DNA from: Podarcis liolepis
Lineage: Eukaryota
Reading direction: 5' to 3' (one strand)
Length of the DNA: 64,000 nucleotides
Assembly: GCA_965112155.1 (NCBI GenBank)
Contig: OZ218102.1
A program made the translations under genes and the position numbers. Below are positions 24,171-36,638 of this stretch, one piece after another. Below the pieces are notes generated by a model, which was given only the letters and a program-made list of their open reading frames with translations, had not been told where the DNA came from and did no database searches. Position 1 is the first letter of the stretch; every line of letters begins with the position of its first letter.

Positions 24171-26114
24171 TACTCCGCTATCTTTTCTCACACCCCCTTT
24201 TAAGAATGATACCAACGCCACGATTTTTCTCTCCCCCCCCACTCCGTTTTGCTGAAGTCTCAACTTTTAGAGATCTCAAAAACTTCCTCACTATTTTGTG
24301 ACATTTTTGTTGGCCTAATAAAAGTATTGCCCTAATACTATAGTGTGGGTGGGTGTGAGTTGCGTTGTGTTTCTTCTTTTGTCTATATTTTTCATTCTGA
24401 TTAAGGCAAGTGCTATTTAAACCTCAATCCTGAATAAATGCCTAAATTTAAGATGAATCTCACTTATTTCAAAGAAGCTTATTACTTCAGAAATTGTTTA
24501 GGACCACAGAGTCCCGCTGGAAACATTTCAAAACTAAACACGATACATAGAAGTCATTATTATTTATTTCACTAGGACTTATTTCACATATGGATTGGAA
24601 CTGATGATGTACAATTGGTTTAAACGACAAATCCTTCTGCTAACTGAGGTATGGACAGGGTGCTTGCGAATTCCTAAGACGGCCTCCATAATGCAAGGCC
24701 CAGTATCTTCCAATAAACAGGCACCAGTTAAACCACTCTTCTTTCCTCAGCCTCTGAGCCAACAAAAACTTACTGGGATCACTGCCAATAGTTTACACTC
24801 AGCACTTGGCTGCGACAAAAGAGGGCCCAACAACGATGCCACCATTTCATGGGACCCAAAACTACCAGTGTGGCAGAAATGCTAAACTGGTGAGCAGTGC
24901 ATTCTCCAAGCCACTATCTCATTCCCAAAGACATCTATGGACTCTTGAGTTTGGTGTTGTTGTTGTTTTTTTTCCCTCCCAATTGAGAGTACCAAGTTGC
25001 GGAGTGAGTGGGATGCTGTTACTTTTCTTTCCACTCGCTGATAATAAAACATTGAGACATATGGAAGCCATCGCTTTGAAGGCGTAACCATTTTAGTGCA
25101 CCGCAGTAGAGAAACGTGCTTTTTAGTAGGTAGTCTCAGCATTAACACGAGCCGAGCCTGCAATAAAGGCATGTACGAGCTGTTGCATTCTTTATACTGG
25201 GATAATGGGAGGGTAGCGAGGTTCAGCAGCTACAGACTTGGTGTTCATGGACGGCGTTCGTAGGAAGTTGGGTTTTGTGCAAAGAACAAAGACTTGGGCA
25301 GAATTCAAGCCAATGAGTTCGGAATAGAAGATCCAGTTCCTCTGGGGCTGAGAAGTTCGGAAAGCAGAAGGGATCCTCTCTGGCTCTCGTTCTCCACCCC
25401 CTCTCGTTTCCCCCTCCCACCCTCCCCACCCTAGAGCTACACGCCCCCCTCCACCTACAGAGAGACAGACATAGGCAGACAGACGTAGGTAGATGTATGT
25501 ATCTGATTGTATACTGGGACATTTTCTGTCTCCATCCCAACGTTATCTTTTAAGAAGTTTGGTTCCATCTCTTTAGAAACGGTCCCAGCTAACGGGGCAG
25601 AGGGAGTTTGACAGAGGGGAGAACAAATCGCTGACAAAGAACCTTTTTACGTTTCATCAGCGTTGTTAGGGCGACGAGGAGGAATTTCTCAGATAATAAC
25701 TCCCACTTCAAAGATTTTTCAGCTCAATAGAAATTGGACCATCCTTTTTTATTCAGCCACAAGGGCTAGCACTAAAGACGACTCGACTGTTTGAAATTTT
25801 TTTTTTTTGTTCGGCGTGTTTATTTTTCCCCTATTCACTGGGGTACTTGGATAAAATAAACAAGAAGACAATTACTGGAACATGGACTTCTAACTTTCCC
25901 GGGACCGTGGCCCATCGTCCGTGGCCTCAGACTTGGGAGTGTCAAGTTCTGTAGCCCTGGAAGGCATTAAACCCTAATTTCTTGGGACATGGTTTTTGCC
26001 ACACACCTAGGATCTAGTCCTTGTTTGTTTCCGTGAAAGAGTCAAGAAATTCAGAAGATTCCTCAGTCTTTGTTCTGGAAATGGCATCCCTTTCTAGTTC
26101 AGTCTCTATCTTCA

Positions 26115-26151
<37 letters not shown>

Positions 26152-27238
26152 ATGTGACTGTGTGTGTTTACAAAGAAGGAAATAGTGTCAAAAAGCAACT
26201 TAAAGCCGCAGCATTCAGCAAGGAGCTAGATCCTAAGGAGGATGGAGTCAGACACAGAAATATCGAAATGTTACTTGCAAAGCAAAGATCAGCAAATATA
26301 TACATTTATGAATAAGAATAGTGACACCAGCTACTGTTTGGACCGTGCTTGTAGGATGTCTTAGGAGGGTTAAGGCTAGGGGCGTGGAGACAAGAGTTTT
26401 GTGAGCTCACTAGTAAACAAAACTGGTCCACTACTGACTTGCTCCTGAGCAGTCCTATTCTAGCCAGATGGGCTGCTTTGAACAAAAGTGGGTCCTCTGC
26501 TATTGAGTCCCAGCCCAGCCCCAGATTTCCATGGGTGCAAAATTTCACTCGACACTGGTAGCTCTTATAAAACCGCCTCGCCCCCTCCCGCCCTCCCCTA
26601 CTTCGGTTTCTTAATCGCAAAGATCCAAGATGCTGCAACAAAAGCCCTCCTTAGAGAGCAAGCCAGCAAAGCAAGCCAAAGGGGACGAGATGGAGGAAGT
26701 CCATCTCTGAGGAAGAGCAGATTGAATGTATTAAGCTAGCATGAAACCAAAGGTCAGTGCAAATGTATCTTAATAGACTGTCTCGAATGGAGTGTGCCTC
26801 CTTTTCAAGGGCGCTTGCTATTGCTAGGCTCATTACCATAGCGATCCTAACGTGGCATGTTGATGCACCATAAAGCTCACACTTTCAGCCCCCACCCTCC
26901 AACCAAAAAAAAATAAAATAAAAATCAGAGCCTTTGAACAAGGCCGGGCTTGATTAGACCTTTCTCCTTTTCTTTTCCCTCCTTCAAACCCATTTCCTCG
27001 CCTTTAGAAAAGTCGCCATCAAATCCCAAAGGCCGTCTCTGATCATGGCCCAGAAGGAGAGAAACAAAAGTGAACTGGCGGACGGCGATTCAGGCGGCCC
27101 CCTTTTTCTTCCTGACATTCTTATCCATTCTGATTATGGGCTGGAACAAGGACCCCCATTCGCGTGGGGGTTTTCTTGCCCCGGAAATTCGGAGGGAAAA
27201 TATGCATACTCCACGTCCATCACGAACACAACATACAA

Positions 27239-27239
<1 letters not shown>

Positions 27240-27279
<40 letters not shown>
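27240..27279. repeat. (TG)n microsatellite
   Basis: Direct reading. Similar dinucleotide runs occur at about 26118, 34381, 46375, 47961, 49681 and 60299. Confidence 0.9.
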
Positions 27280-27280
<1 letters not shown>

Positions 27281-27479
27281 TGTGGTTTTGGCACTGTTGG
27301 GGTGTTTTCTGTTTTTTTATATATATACATCGGTGAGGATGGGAGAAAGAAACTGAGCCGCGAGGGGATGGGGAGAAAGAGAGAGAATCTGTTAGACCTA
27401 AATATTATGTCCTTCATGAAAAGACTGGACGGGCTCCAGACTTCGCTTTTCACTCTTTTTAAGTATGACTTGCCTATTG

Positions 27480-27625
27480 CTATAGAAATCTTAACTCACC
27501 ATGAAGATTCACCGTTGCGAAGAAATACTTTCATTGTGAGAGACTGCTTTGATGTCTAAGGCATAAGATGCGGGGCTTTTCAGCTGCCTCTGTCTAGATT
27601 ACCTTGAGAGCAACGGGATAGACAT
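27480..27625 (-). other. ZIC4: Candidate alternative terminal (3'UTR) exon of ZIC4; start defined at 27625, far end not defined
   Basis: Strong acceptor ttaatttttcatttgcttgttacAG|ATGTCTATCC at 27626/27625. Joining it to the donor TG|GTACGT at 30185/30184 gives TG+A = TGA straight after ...NLSE. Confidence 0.65.
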
Positions 27626-28859
27626 CTGTAACAAGCAAATGAAAAATTAAAGGTGATTAGCCTACACATCCAAAAACCGCTTCTGCAAAGAAAGAAATCA
27701 AGAAGAAAAGGGAGAGGGAGGAGGAGGGCCGAGGGACGGAGCCGGGAGGGGGCAACCCAACTCCAGACAAGGTGGAAGCATCTTTCGCAGATGGCCTCCA
27801 TCCATCCATCTCTACCTTCTCATTTCCACGACGGCTCCACTAGATCAGAGGGAGTAAACGAGCAGCAGCAGTAATGGCAACGAATATCTTGTTTTAATTT
27901 TTATCCTGAGAATCGGGACGGGATGGTTATTTCTTTGTTTGCTATGTTTCGTCCATTTAACTCGGCGATCTATTAAGGATCTCTCGCTGAGGCAGTGAGA
28001 AGGAATAGGGAACCAAGTCATGCACATTGTTCAAAAGGTAGATAGGTGATAGATGGATTGATACCCAAATAGGTAGACTTTCTTCTATTTTTATTTTTTA
28101 ATTTTTTAAATGTCAATGCCTGAATGACACCAACCGCCCCATCTTCAGACGTAAGTACCACGGTGTTCACAGTTCACTGGGATGTCCCAATGAACTCAGT
28201 GGAACTTACTTCCGAGTAAATAAGCATATGGTCCTGCTGCACAAGGAAGATAGAGAGAAAGAAAGAGTTCAGAAACGTGGGAATGTTAAGGAAGGTGGGA
28301 GAGGATATCTTGTTTTGATATTATCCCTCCTCACTCACGCTCAGAGCACATTCCCTTTGGAGCCACATTCCCCTGTGTGTCCATTCTAGGCAACAGGAAA
28401 ATGTTGTACTTGACTGCTCTAGGGATAATACATTCCACAAGAAATAAGAAATTTCTGTTGCTGGTGGTGTGTACATGGCTAACCCAGAGACTGGGCTGGA
28501 CGTTTTGCTTCACTCTCCTTCACTGAAGTGAAGGAAATGGCTTTGTAGAAGTGTTTTGGCTAAGATCTTAGAGCGCCTACAGACAAATGGGCCTTTCCAT
28601 AGTTTAAAAATCGATTAGAATGAACCACGCCCCCTCCCTCATTCCTAAATATACTGCCTGTAAATAAGTTTCATTGAAGTATATGGGTCTTACTACAAAG
28701 TGATGCGTTTAGGAGCTACAATCAGTAAATGAAATCCATATAATAATATTTCCACAAGCATTCCACCCCCCCCCCCGTCTGGGGAATTCGCTAGAGACAA
28801 GGACTCACATAGGGCTGATAAGAATCATATAGCTTTAGAGACCTCGACATATGTTCAAG

Positions 28860-30069
28860 ATTTTAAAACCATTTTATTTTTACCTTTACAAAAAATAATA
28901 ATTAATATTTCGAATTGTTATTTTTACATAACTACTGTTGTGCGTTTGAAAACCAGACCACCACTGGGTTTACACCACGGGTTCAGAAAAAATCGACACG
29001 TCGTGAATCCTTTTGGACAATCCAAGCAACTCAACACAATTACGTCACTCATAACAACTCCCCCCCCCCTTCTCTCCAATTAACATGGATCTCACCTTCC
29101 ATCCACTAAGGAATCACAAGAACTCACAATTCAACAGAAATAATGCGAGGGAGGGGGAAGAGAAAAGGAGAATATGTTTATGCATTTAAATCCATTACTA
29201 GTGTAAATTAAAATGTACCATAAATCATTAAGCCACCCTTGGGTCTGTTTTATTAGTGACAAGTGGGAAGAATATACTGGTGAAAAAGGGGCAGTAAAGA
29301 GATTCCCCCCCCCCGAAAAAAACGTCAACTGAACTGGTAAATTAATCAAAGTATTTAATTGATCGATTTGTTGTACAGTTCGGTAACAAATAATATATTT
29401 ATAGATACTGATGTTCCTTTTTGGAAAAAAAGCACACGCACACAGCCCCCCCCCCACCCCCGCCAAGAAACCCAATTAAAATCCAGACACTGGGCTAATA
29501 AAACTGTCCAAGAAAAAACACCATCACAAGATACCAGCACCGACGATCGCAGCTGTACAGCTAGAAATCCGTATTAAAACACTTTGGTTCATTGATACAA
29601 AAGGATGTTTCCATTCAAATCGAGGCCATTGTAAACGTATGGGAAGGAGTTGGTCCGCGGAGTCTGCCCTGGGAGGGTGTAAAATAAAAAGAGCTCATGG
29701 AAAGAGGTGCGGGGAGGTGGAGGTGGCGGGAGGGGGGGGGTCTGCTGTCCTCTGTGCCATAATAAATACAAAACGGGGGTGGGGGAGAGAGGGAGGAGGT
29801 TTGTCCACCCCCCCCCATGTATCTTCTCTCCGATAGCCTGTGCAGCATTTCTGATCGAAGGTGACTGACTGGGGGAAGAGGGAAGAGGCTGGGGAGGGGG
29901 GGAGGGGGAGGGGGCTTGCTCCCTAGGCCTGGGATCGATTTCCGCCCCTCCCCCAAGAACCGGGCCTTGCCGACCCGCCGTTCGTCCAGTGTGAGCCAAG
30001 GATCCACAGCACCCCGAAAAGAACAATGCAGTCTCGCCGCCGCCGGCGGGCCATCCTACCGTATTGACT
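28860..30069 (-). other. ZIC4: 3'UTR of the read-through ZIC4 form with candidate AATAAA signals
   Basis: Minus-strand AATAAA (plus-strand tttatt) near 29249-29254 and at 28873-28878, in AU-rich sequence. Confidence 0.45.
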
Positions 30070-30700
30070 TTAATAAGTGGGCCGGGGCTCGCAGTTCGTG
30101 TAAGCGGCCTCTCCCGGGTGAGGTGACGGAGAGTTACTGGGTGGAGTCGGGATGCCGCTGGCCCCTGAGCTCTGACACACGTACCATTCGCTCAGGTTGG
30201 CTGCCGCCTGGGTGGAGGAAGCCGCTGCGGGAGGTGGTGGTGGCGGCGGCGGCGGCGGCGGCTGAGGGGGCTCCCGGCCGCAGTCCGACGACGGCGACAC
30301 CAGCGACGGGGTGGACGACTCGTAGCCCGAGCTGGGAGGTGGGGACTTGCAGTGGACTTTCATGTGCTTCCGCAAGGAGCTGGGGTGCGTGTAGGACTTG
30401 TCACAGCCTCGCACTTTGCAGTTGTAGGGCTTGTCGCTCGTGTGCACGTGGGAATGCTTCTTCCTGTCGCTGCTGTTGGCGAAGCGGCGCTCGCAGCCTT
30501 CGAACTCGCATTTGAAGGGCTTCTCGCCTGCAAGGAAAAGAGGGAATCCAGGGAGACTTTGCGTAAAGGACCAGGGTGGGGAAAGGTGCGGGTGTGCGGG
30601 TTTTATTGGGGTGGCGGGGTGGCGTGTCTGCAGGTCACAGGTTATTGAGCGATGAGCTCTGTGTCGCCCTCGCCCCACCTCGATTTCCCAGCAGTGGCCG
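29930..30700. promoter_or_regulatory. Intragenic CpG island over the ZIC4 last coding exon
   Basis: GC and CpG content are visibly much higher than in the flanks. Confidence 0.6.
30070..30527 (-). CDS. ZIC4: ZIC4 second coding exon (ZF4-ZF5 and C-terminus, read-through form ending ...EWYVCQ...PRPTY*)
   Basis: Acceptor cttttccttgcAG|GC; [74 protein letters not shown]... The KKHSH and CKVRGCDK residues are ZIC4/5-type. TAA at 30072-30070. Confidence 0.94.
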
Positions 30701-33700
30701 TGGAGCCAAACCCAGCAGAAGCGCCTAGCAGCACTGTATGTGAACAGGATTATAAGGGTGTGAGGAGAGAGCTCTAAAGCTGTGGGGTCTTCTGAAATGA
30801 CAAAGGGGGGAAGCGTCGTGTGTGAGTTTGTGTGTTCATCCCTATCAATGCCTGCCTTCCAGAGGAAGGGTGGAAATGTTCCAGGCCTTGGATGAAGGGC
30901 CTGGGGCGACGAGGTGGGACAACGCTTTCTCTTCCCTAGGCTCCTTGCCCATCTTGCTCGCTCCTCTTATCCGTACCGTGTCCGTATGGACACATGTTTC
31001 CCATGTCACAAATGCCCCTCCAAGCTCTCTCACCTGACAACCCCTTTACTTCAGAGATGGCTACATAACCTAGGTTAGGATCTGAAACCCCAGAAGCTAC
31101 GGATTCGTGGCCTTGTGGTGCAGAGCTTCTTACTAGTCTCGGGCACTCCCACATAAACAACTCCACATGCTGCAAGGCGCCTTCTTCTTGCGCGCGCACA
31201 CAGAGTCGCACAAGAGCTCACATTTGACCTTGCCAATAGGCTTTGGAGGAAAGGGGGATTGCAAAGTAGGCTTCGGAGGAAACGATGAGCAAATGTCAGC
31301 AGCCAGCTCATTAAAACCACCGTTTAGATATACCACGGTTGAACCAGTGTTGCACAGGTTTAGAAATCTATCNNNNNNNNNNNNNNNNNNNNNNNNNNNN
31401 NNNNNNNNNNNNNNNNNNNNNNNNNNNNNNNNNNNNNNNNNNNNNNNNNNNNNNNNNNNNNNNNNNNNNNNNNNNNNNNNNNNNNNNNNNNNNNNNNNNN
31501 NNNNNNNNNNNNNNNNNNNNNNNNNNNNNNNNNNNNNNNNNNNNNNNNNNNNNNNNNNNNNNNNNNNNNNNNNNNNCTCTCAAATTCATATGGAAATAAC
31601 TAAATTAATACATAACCTAACCTAAAGGCAGTTCTGGTAGTTTCTGGAGAATAATCTACGATAGAGTATCTTTCCACTTCATATCCTTAGAATAGATTAA
31701 TAATCTAGAAGGATCTCAGTAGCATTCTGCTCGGAAAGCCAACGCCTTACTGAGTAGGCCAAGATTTTATTTTGCTATCAAGGAAAACCTGCAGAAACTA
31801 ACAGACAGGGACCTATTTAGCAGCGGAGAGAAAGAGAAAAACAACGACGCAGTCCATAGTGCATTGTCCATGGGAGAACTCATTGATCTGGCTAGATGAT
31901 ATGCATTGGAAACATATTAAACACCGTAAGCGGGATGAGATATTGGAAAGGTGAGGAGGGGTGAGAGACGGAAGGAAGCCAGATTCCCCAGGAAATCTAC
32001 TGGAGATAGTCTGTACACCAAATGCTGCATGGGCGATTTTTCACCGATAAAGGAAAACACGTTGAAGCCACGTGCTTTGATGTCTCTACGGGGCACGGAT
32101 GCCTTATTCTGAAAAACCAACAGACAGAGACGCTTGCGTACGAAAGTCGCGCAAAAAATGATATAACGCATATTTGACAGGGATGGGAATGAAGGTCAGG
32201 ATACTATGCGTTTCTTAGAGGCAAATGTTGCCAAAATAGCAGGGTAAGTGCATGTGTGTGTTAGTGTGTGTTTGTTTGTGTAGCATTTTTTAAACATGAG
32301 TTCCTTAATGAGGCCATGTTGTATATTCAGACTTCAGCACAAAACATTTTTTTAAAAAATTAAAAAAAGCTGTGTCTACTGAATATGCTAAGGCTAAAGT
32401 GTTCTTTAAGAAATGTTGGTGGGGTGCTAAGCAACTGCTACTCCCCCCCTACAAAAGCATTCTCTGTCAGTGTAATGATTCAGGGAAATCCGCCGTGCTG
32501 GACGGCTAGTTATTGCAAAGAGTAAAATATGGTTCCACATTTTAAAGAATATCCGTGGCAAATACCAATATTGGTCTCAGGCCTGCGAGAAAACGACGTT
32601 TTTAGCAGGCTAGGCATGACAAGTGAGGCTCCGTGTGTACCTGCATCGAAAGGTATTTACTCATTTTGCTTTGTTTTGGCGGGGAGAGAAAAGAAAAGGA
32701 AGGTCATCTGTATATTTTGACGGCTCTTTAAGTATTTTAATTATAGTTCCTTGTAAAGAAACAGTTTGACCTTCCGCTACTCAGCTGAAATAACAAATCA
32801 AGCGGATTGGTGTAGCACAGGCAAGCAGTAAGTTAGGAGGCCCTGGGGAGAGGCCCCGTCATAAACCCAGCGATCGGGCGGAGTGAGTTACATCGTGGTA
32901 TAAGACGGTCTTGTTTCTCGCGAGCAGCAACAAAAAAATAAATAAATAAAAATGGCCAGCTTCCTTCCACACCTCGGCACCTTGGCAGAGGTAAATAAAG
33001 GCCCCGGCCACAAGAAATGATTGCAGAAAGGGGCTCTTCCTTGTTGGCTGTAGCGCATTATCTATGAATGGTTTCAGGCCTAGGGTTAATGTTAGAGTTC
33101 CCCCTGTTAAAAGGATAGGATTCCCTGCGCGTAAATATGTATCGGTCAAAAGGAAATGTGCTTGAATGTTTGTCTCTGACCCGCCGCACTTTTGAAAGTG
33201 TGTGTTTGGGGGTGGAGAGATGCGGGGGGGGGGGAGAGAGAGAGGAAGAGAGGAAGCGAGGACTGAGGAAGGATGGGGGCAAGGGCGCGCGCGCGCACAC
33301 ACTGCAGCGAGTCGACACCGCCATTTTCTACCCACACTTGTAGCTCTCACAGGACTCGCTGTGGAGAGCAATACGTACAGCTTGGAGATTTTAGCATAAT
33401 CCTCCCAACTCTGGGACTGGATTAAAGTATTTGCAAAATTCTCGAGGGGGAGGGGAGGAGGGATATTGAGCTTGCCAGCGCCAGCACTATAAATTACAAG
33501 TTAAAACATACCTCTCTTACTGCGGCCTAAACACCACCTTGGTCACAATTGTCCCTTGGCCAGTTCTGATGGTAAGGAAGTGATTTTTGCTTTCCTTCTT
33601 TTGATACCTGTGCTACGTTATTGTGAATTAAGTTCGTTCTCTCTCCCTCCCTCCTTCCCTCCCTCTCTCTCATCTCCAGAAACCCATTCCTGTCTGCCCA

Positions 33701-34371
33701 GGCTCAGGGAAACGCAACGTCATTAATATTTGAGAAGGCAATTATTTTCTCGTTTAAATCTAGAACTGTCTTCATGAATAATTTGCAGGAAGTTCTATTG
33801 CCATTTCAGAAACATTTGGGTTTGAGAACTTAGGGCGGGGTGGGTCAATCGAAAACGCTGCCTTGTAATAAGGCCTAAGGATTCCACCTCCACTTCTCCC
33901 TCTCTCCACCCCAAGCCTAGCCCACCACCACTGCAAAAATAAATTAATTAAGCAGGGAAGTTCAAGCGAAACGACTACATAATGTAGTACATTTTGAATG
34001 CTGAACTCCAAGCCCGCACCCTTCCCAGGCACTCAACTGGTTGCACTGATGTAGGTCAAATTTACCAAGAATCCGACCATTTTCTGCTTCATAGACTTCA
34101 AAGGAGAAGGCGGCTAAAGGGCAGTAAAAGTTTGTTTACTTAAGAAAAACACTGTAATTAAGGGATGAACTGTGCTCTTCAGTGCTTTCCTACCTAACAC
34201 GAAGATGCCTTGGTGTCATTCGCATTATTAATATTTTAAATAATATAAGTAACAAAATATTCTCCATCAAATGCACAGCTTTATTTTAAACGTAGTTTTT
34301 GGAGGGGGGTAGGAGACTAACCTAACCATACTACAGTTAAGGCTACGACATTTTAGAACTGCAGAAAGAGA

Positions 34372-34415
<44 letters not shown>

Positions 34416-35449
34416 TTGGGTTGTAAGGATATCTTACAATAGGATTATGTCGTTTTCCTGGGAGTTTATAAGGCTGTGGAGTGTGTGTGCAAAAAACTGC
34501 ACAGTGGAACGGATTTAATTTTCCAAAAGGGCTTATTTATTATCTTCTGGTGTGTGTGAGAGAGAGAAAGAGAGTCGGATAGGAAGGAATGGAGTGGAGA
34601 AGGCAATAAAAAGCTAAGAAGACCGGCTGCTAAACTAACTCTCTACAACTTCACAGGCTGAATTTGGAAGTCTGAAAACTTTATACCGCCAGTTTCATTC
34701 ATTCACCACAGATGCTTCTGTGGATTCCGAGGTCAAAGAGGGTGTTGGCAAGGTCTTCCCCTTCAAATAACTTTCCTTTCTGTCTTAACGAGAAATTGTA
34801 CCTATTTCTGACAAAAATTCCCTTCATAATTCTGGCCAATGACCGTTCAAAAAGAACATGCTAGGAAGACAAAATTAACTCCAAGCACACACCACTACTC
34901 CCCTCTTTCCTTCCCAGGTTCCTAAAGAGCACCTTCCCATATTTCAATCTCCGTAGCACTTTAAGAAGGAAAAGGCTCTTACGAAGACTTGGGATGAAAC
35001 ATCGCAGGGTTCCTCGTACAAAACAAAAAGAGGGGACCTTGCAGCTGTGCTTTTCTCACAAGGAAGGCGGCAGAAGCAGCATCCCAGCAGCATCACTCAA
35101 AACTGCCTAGACAAGTTGCAACTTCCATTGTTCGCTCCTAATTTGCGAGCTTGCATCAAGATTGGATGCTTTTCCGTCTCTATAGGGCTTTTTAACTCTC
35201 CCCTCTCCAGGAAATCCCGATCTAAATCATGGAAGACCTTTCTTGCATACGCACATACACATACACGTCAGCATTATGCATCCACACACGCCTCAATTCT
35301 TCAAACGAAAGACAACAATCAAAACAAACTATTGATCCGGTCTTCATTGGCTAGTATTAATTCTATGTAGCGGGCGGGGGTGGGGGAGATCGCACATGCA
35401 GCAGATAGTTGAACAAAACACGAATGAAGAAAGACCTTTCCATACTGAC

Positions 35450-35702
35450 CTGTGTGCGTCCTTTTGTGGATTTTGAGATTTTCCGAGCGAGCGAAGACTT
35501 TCCCGCATCCCGGGAAAGGACAAGGGAAAGGTTTCTCCCCCGTGTGGACTCGGATGTGGTTGACCAGTTTGTATTTGGCCTTGAAAGGCTTCCCTTCTCT
35601 GGGACACTCTTCCCAGAAGCAAATGTGGTTGGACTGCTCCGGCCCTCCAACGTGCTCCACGGTGACGTGAGTCACCAGCTCGTGCATGGTGCTGAAAGTT
35701 TT
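35450..35702 (-). repeat. Inverted-repeat arm in ZIC4 (partner of 52064-52316)
   Basis: Same alignment as the ZIC1 arm. Confidence 0.95.
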
Positions 35703-36638
35703 CGAGCATAATTTTTTGGGAGTCTGGTCCAGTTCGATCCACTTGCAGATGAGCTCCTGCTTGATGGGCTGCCTCATGTAGCGGAAGAAAGCCCCAGGGC
35801 CGTGGTGTGGAGCTAAATTCACGTTCAGGTTCATGCCACCGTAGCCGTGGAAGGAGGAAGCAGCAAAAGGATCTGTCCTGGAGACTGGTACTGGCGTGAA
35901 AGGTTCAGACCTGGCATACATTTCTCCAGGTAGCCCCAGCCTTATCTGTCCGTTTAGATGGCCACCTGGAGCTGCATGGGGAGGTTGCTCATGGTGGAGT
36001 CCAGTAAAAAGCGAGGGAGTTCCGGCTTCTGAGTGGTGGTGGTGGAGGTGGTGGTGGTGGTGGTGAGCATGGTGTCCGGGGTAGCTACCTGTTGTTGAGA
36101 CAAACATTCCATGGTGAGAACCTGTAGCAGCAGAGTGTTGATAAGGGAGCCCTGGCATGACTGGGGCTGTCAGATCTCTGCGCAGGAAGAATTCCCTACC
36201 TGATGAAAGAGCATGACTTGGGTGAGGGACTGCGTAAGGGACTGTTGTTGACTGCGTCGGGCCAAATGCTCCCGCTGGACTGGGTACCACCTCGGCTTGG
36301 CCTGTCACAGGATGGTGGGGATGAGGCTGAGGGGCAGGGCTGAGCTTAAGGGCCGCTGAGTGATGAGGAGGATGAGAGTGGTGGCGGTGGTGATGATGAT
36401 GATGGAGAGGATGGTAGTGGTGCCCCATGTGTTCTGACCGGAATGGACTCAGCCCGAGGCGGCTTTCTGCAGCGTACTCCCCAGGGTGCGTGGGAACCAT
36501 GGAGTGGGGATGCCCGGCGAAGCCTGTCATGCTCTGAGGGGAGTGGTGATGGTGGCGGTGATGACGATGACGAGGAGCCCCTGCCAAGCCTAGTAATTTC
36601 AGCGCCGTGTTCCGTTTGGAGAGTGAAGCAGAGTCCAT
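35450..36638 (-). CDS. ZIC4: ZIC4 large coding exon (long His-rich N-terminus, ZF-NC, ZF1-ZF3)
   Basis: ATG at 36638 (gtaATGG, good Kozak context) opens [15 protein letters not shown]... The exon includes [38 protein letters not shown]-type sequence and ZF1-3, and ends at a phase-1 donor ACAG|GTCAGT at 35450/35449. Head-to-head position with ZIC1 is the known ZIC4 arrangement. Confidence 0.93.

Noticed and set aside
35450-36638. Alternative identification of the pair as ZIC5/ZIC2
   Set aside because: The plus-strand gene has the ZIC1 N- and C-termini and lacks the ZIC2 C-terminal poly-Ala tract; the partner's [12 protein letters not shown] and upstream MRKR..LYRN exon fit ZIC4.
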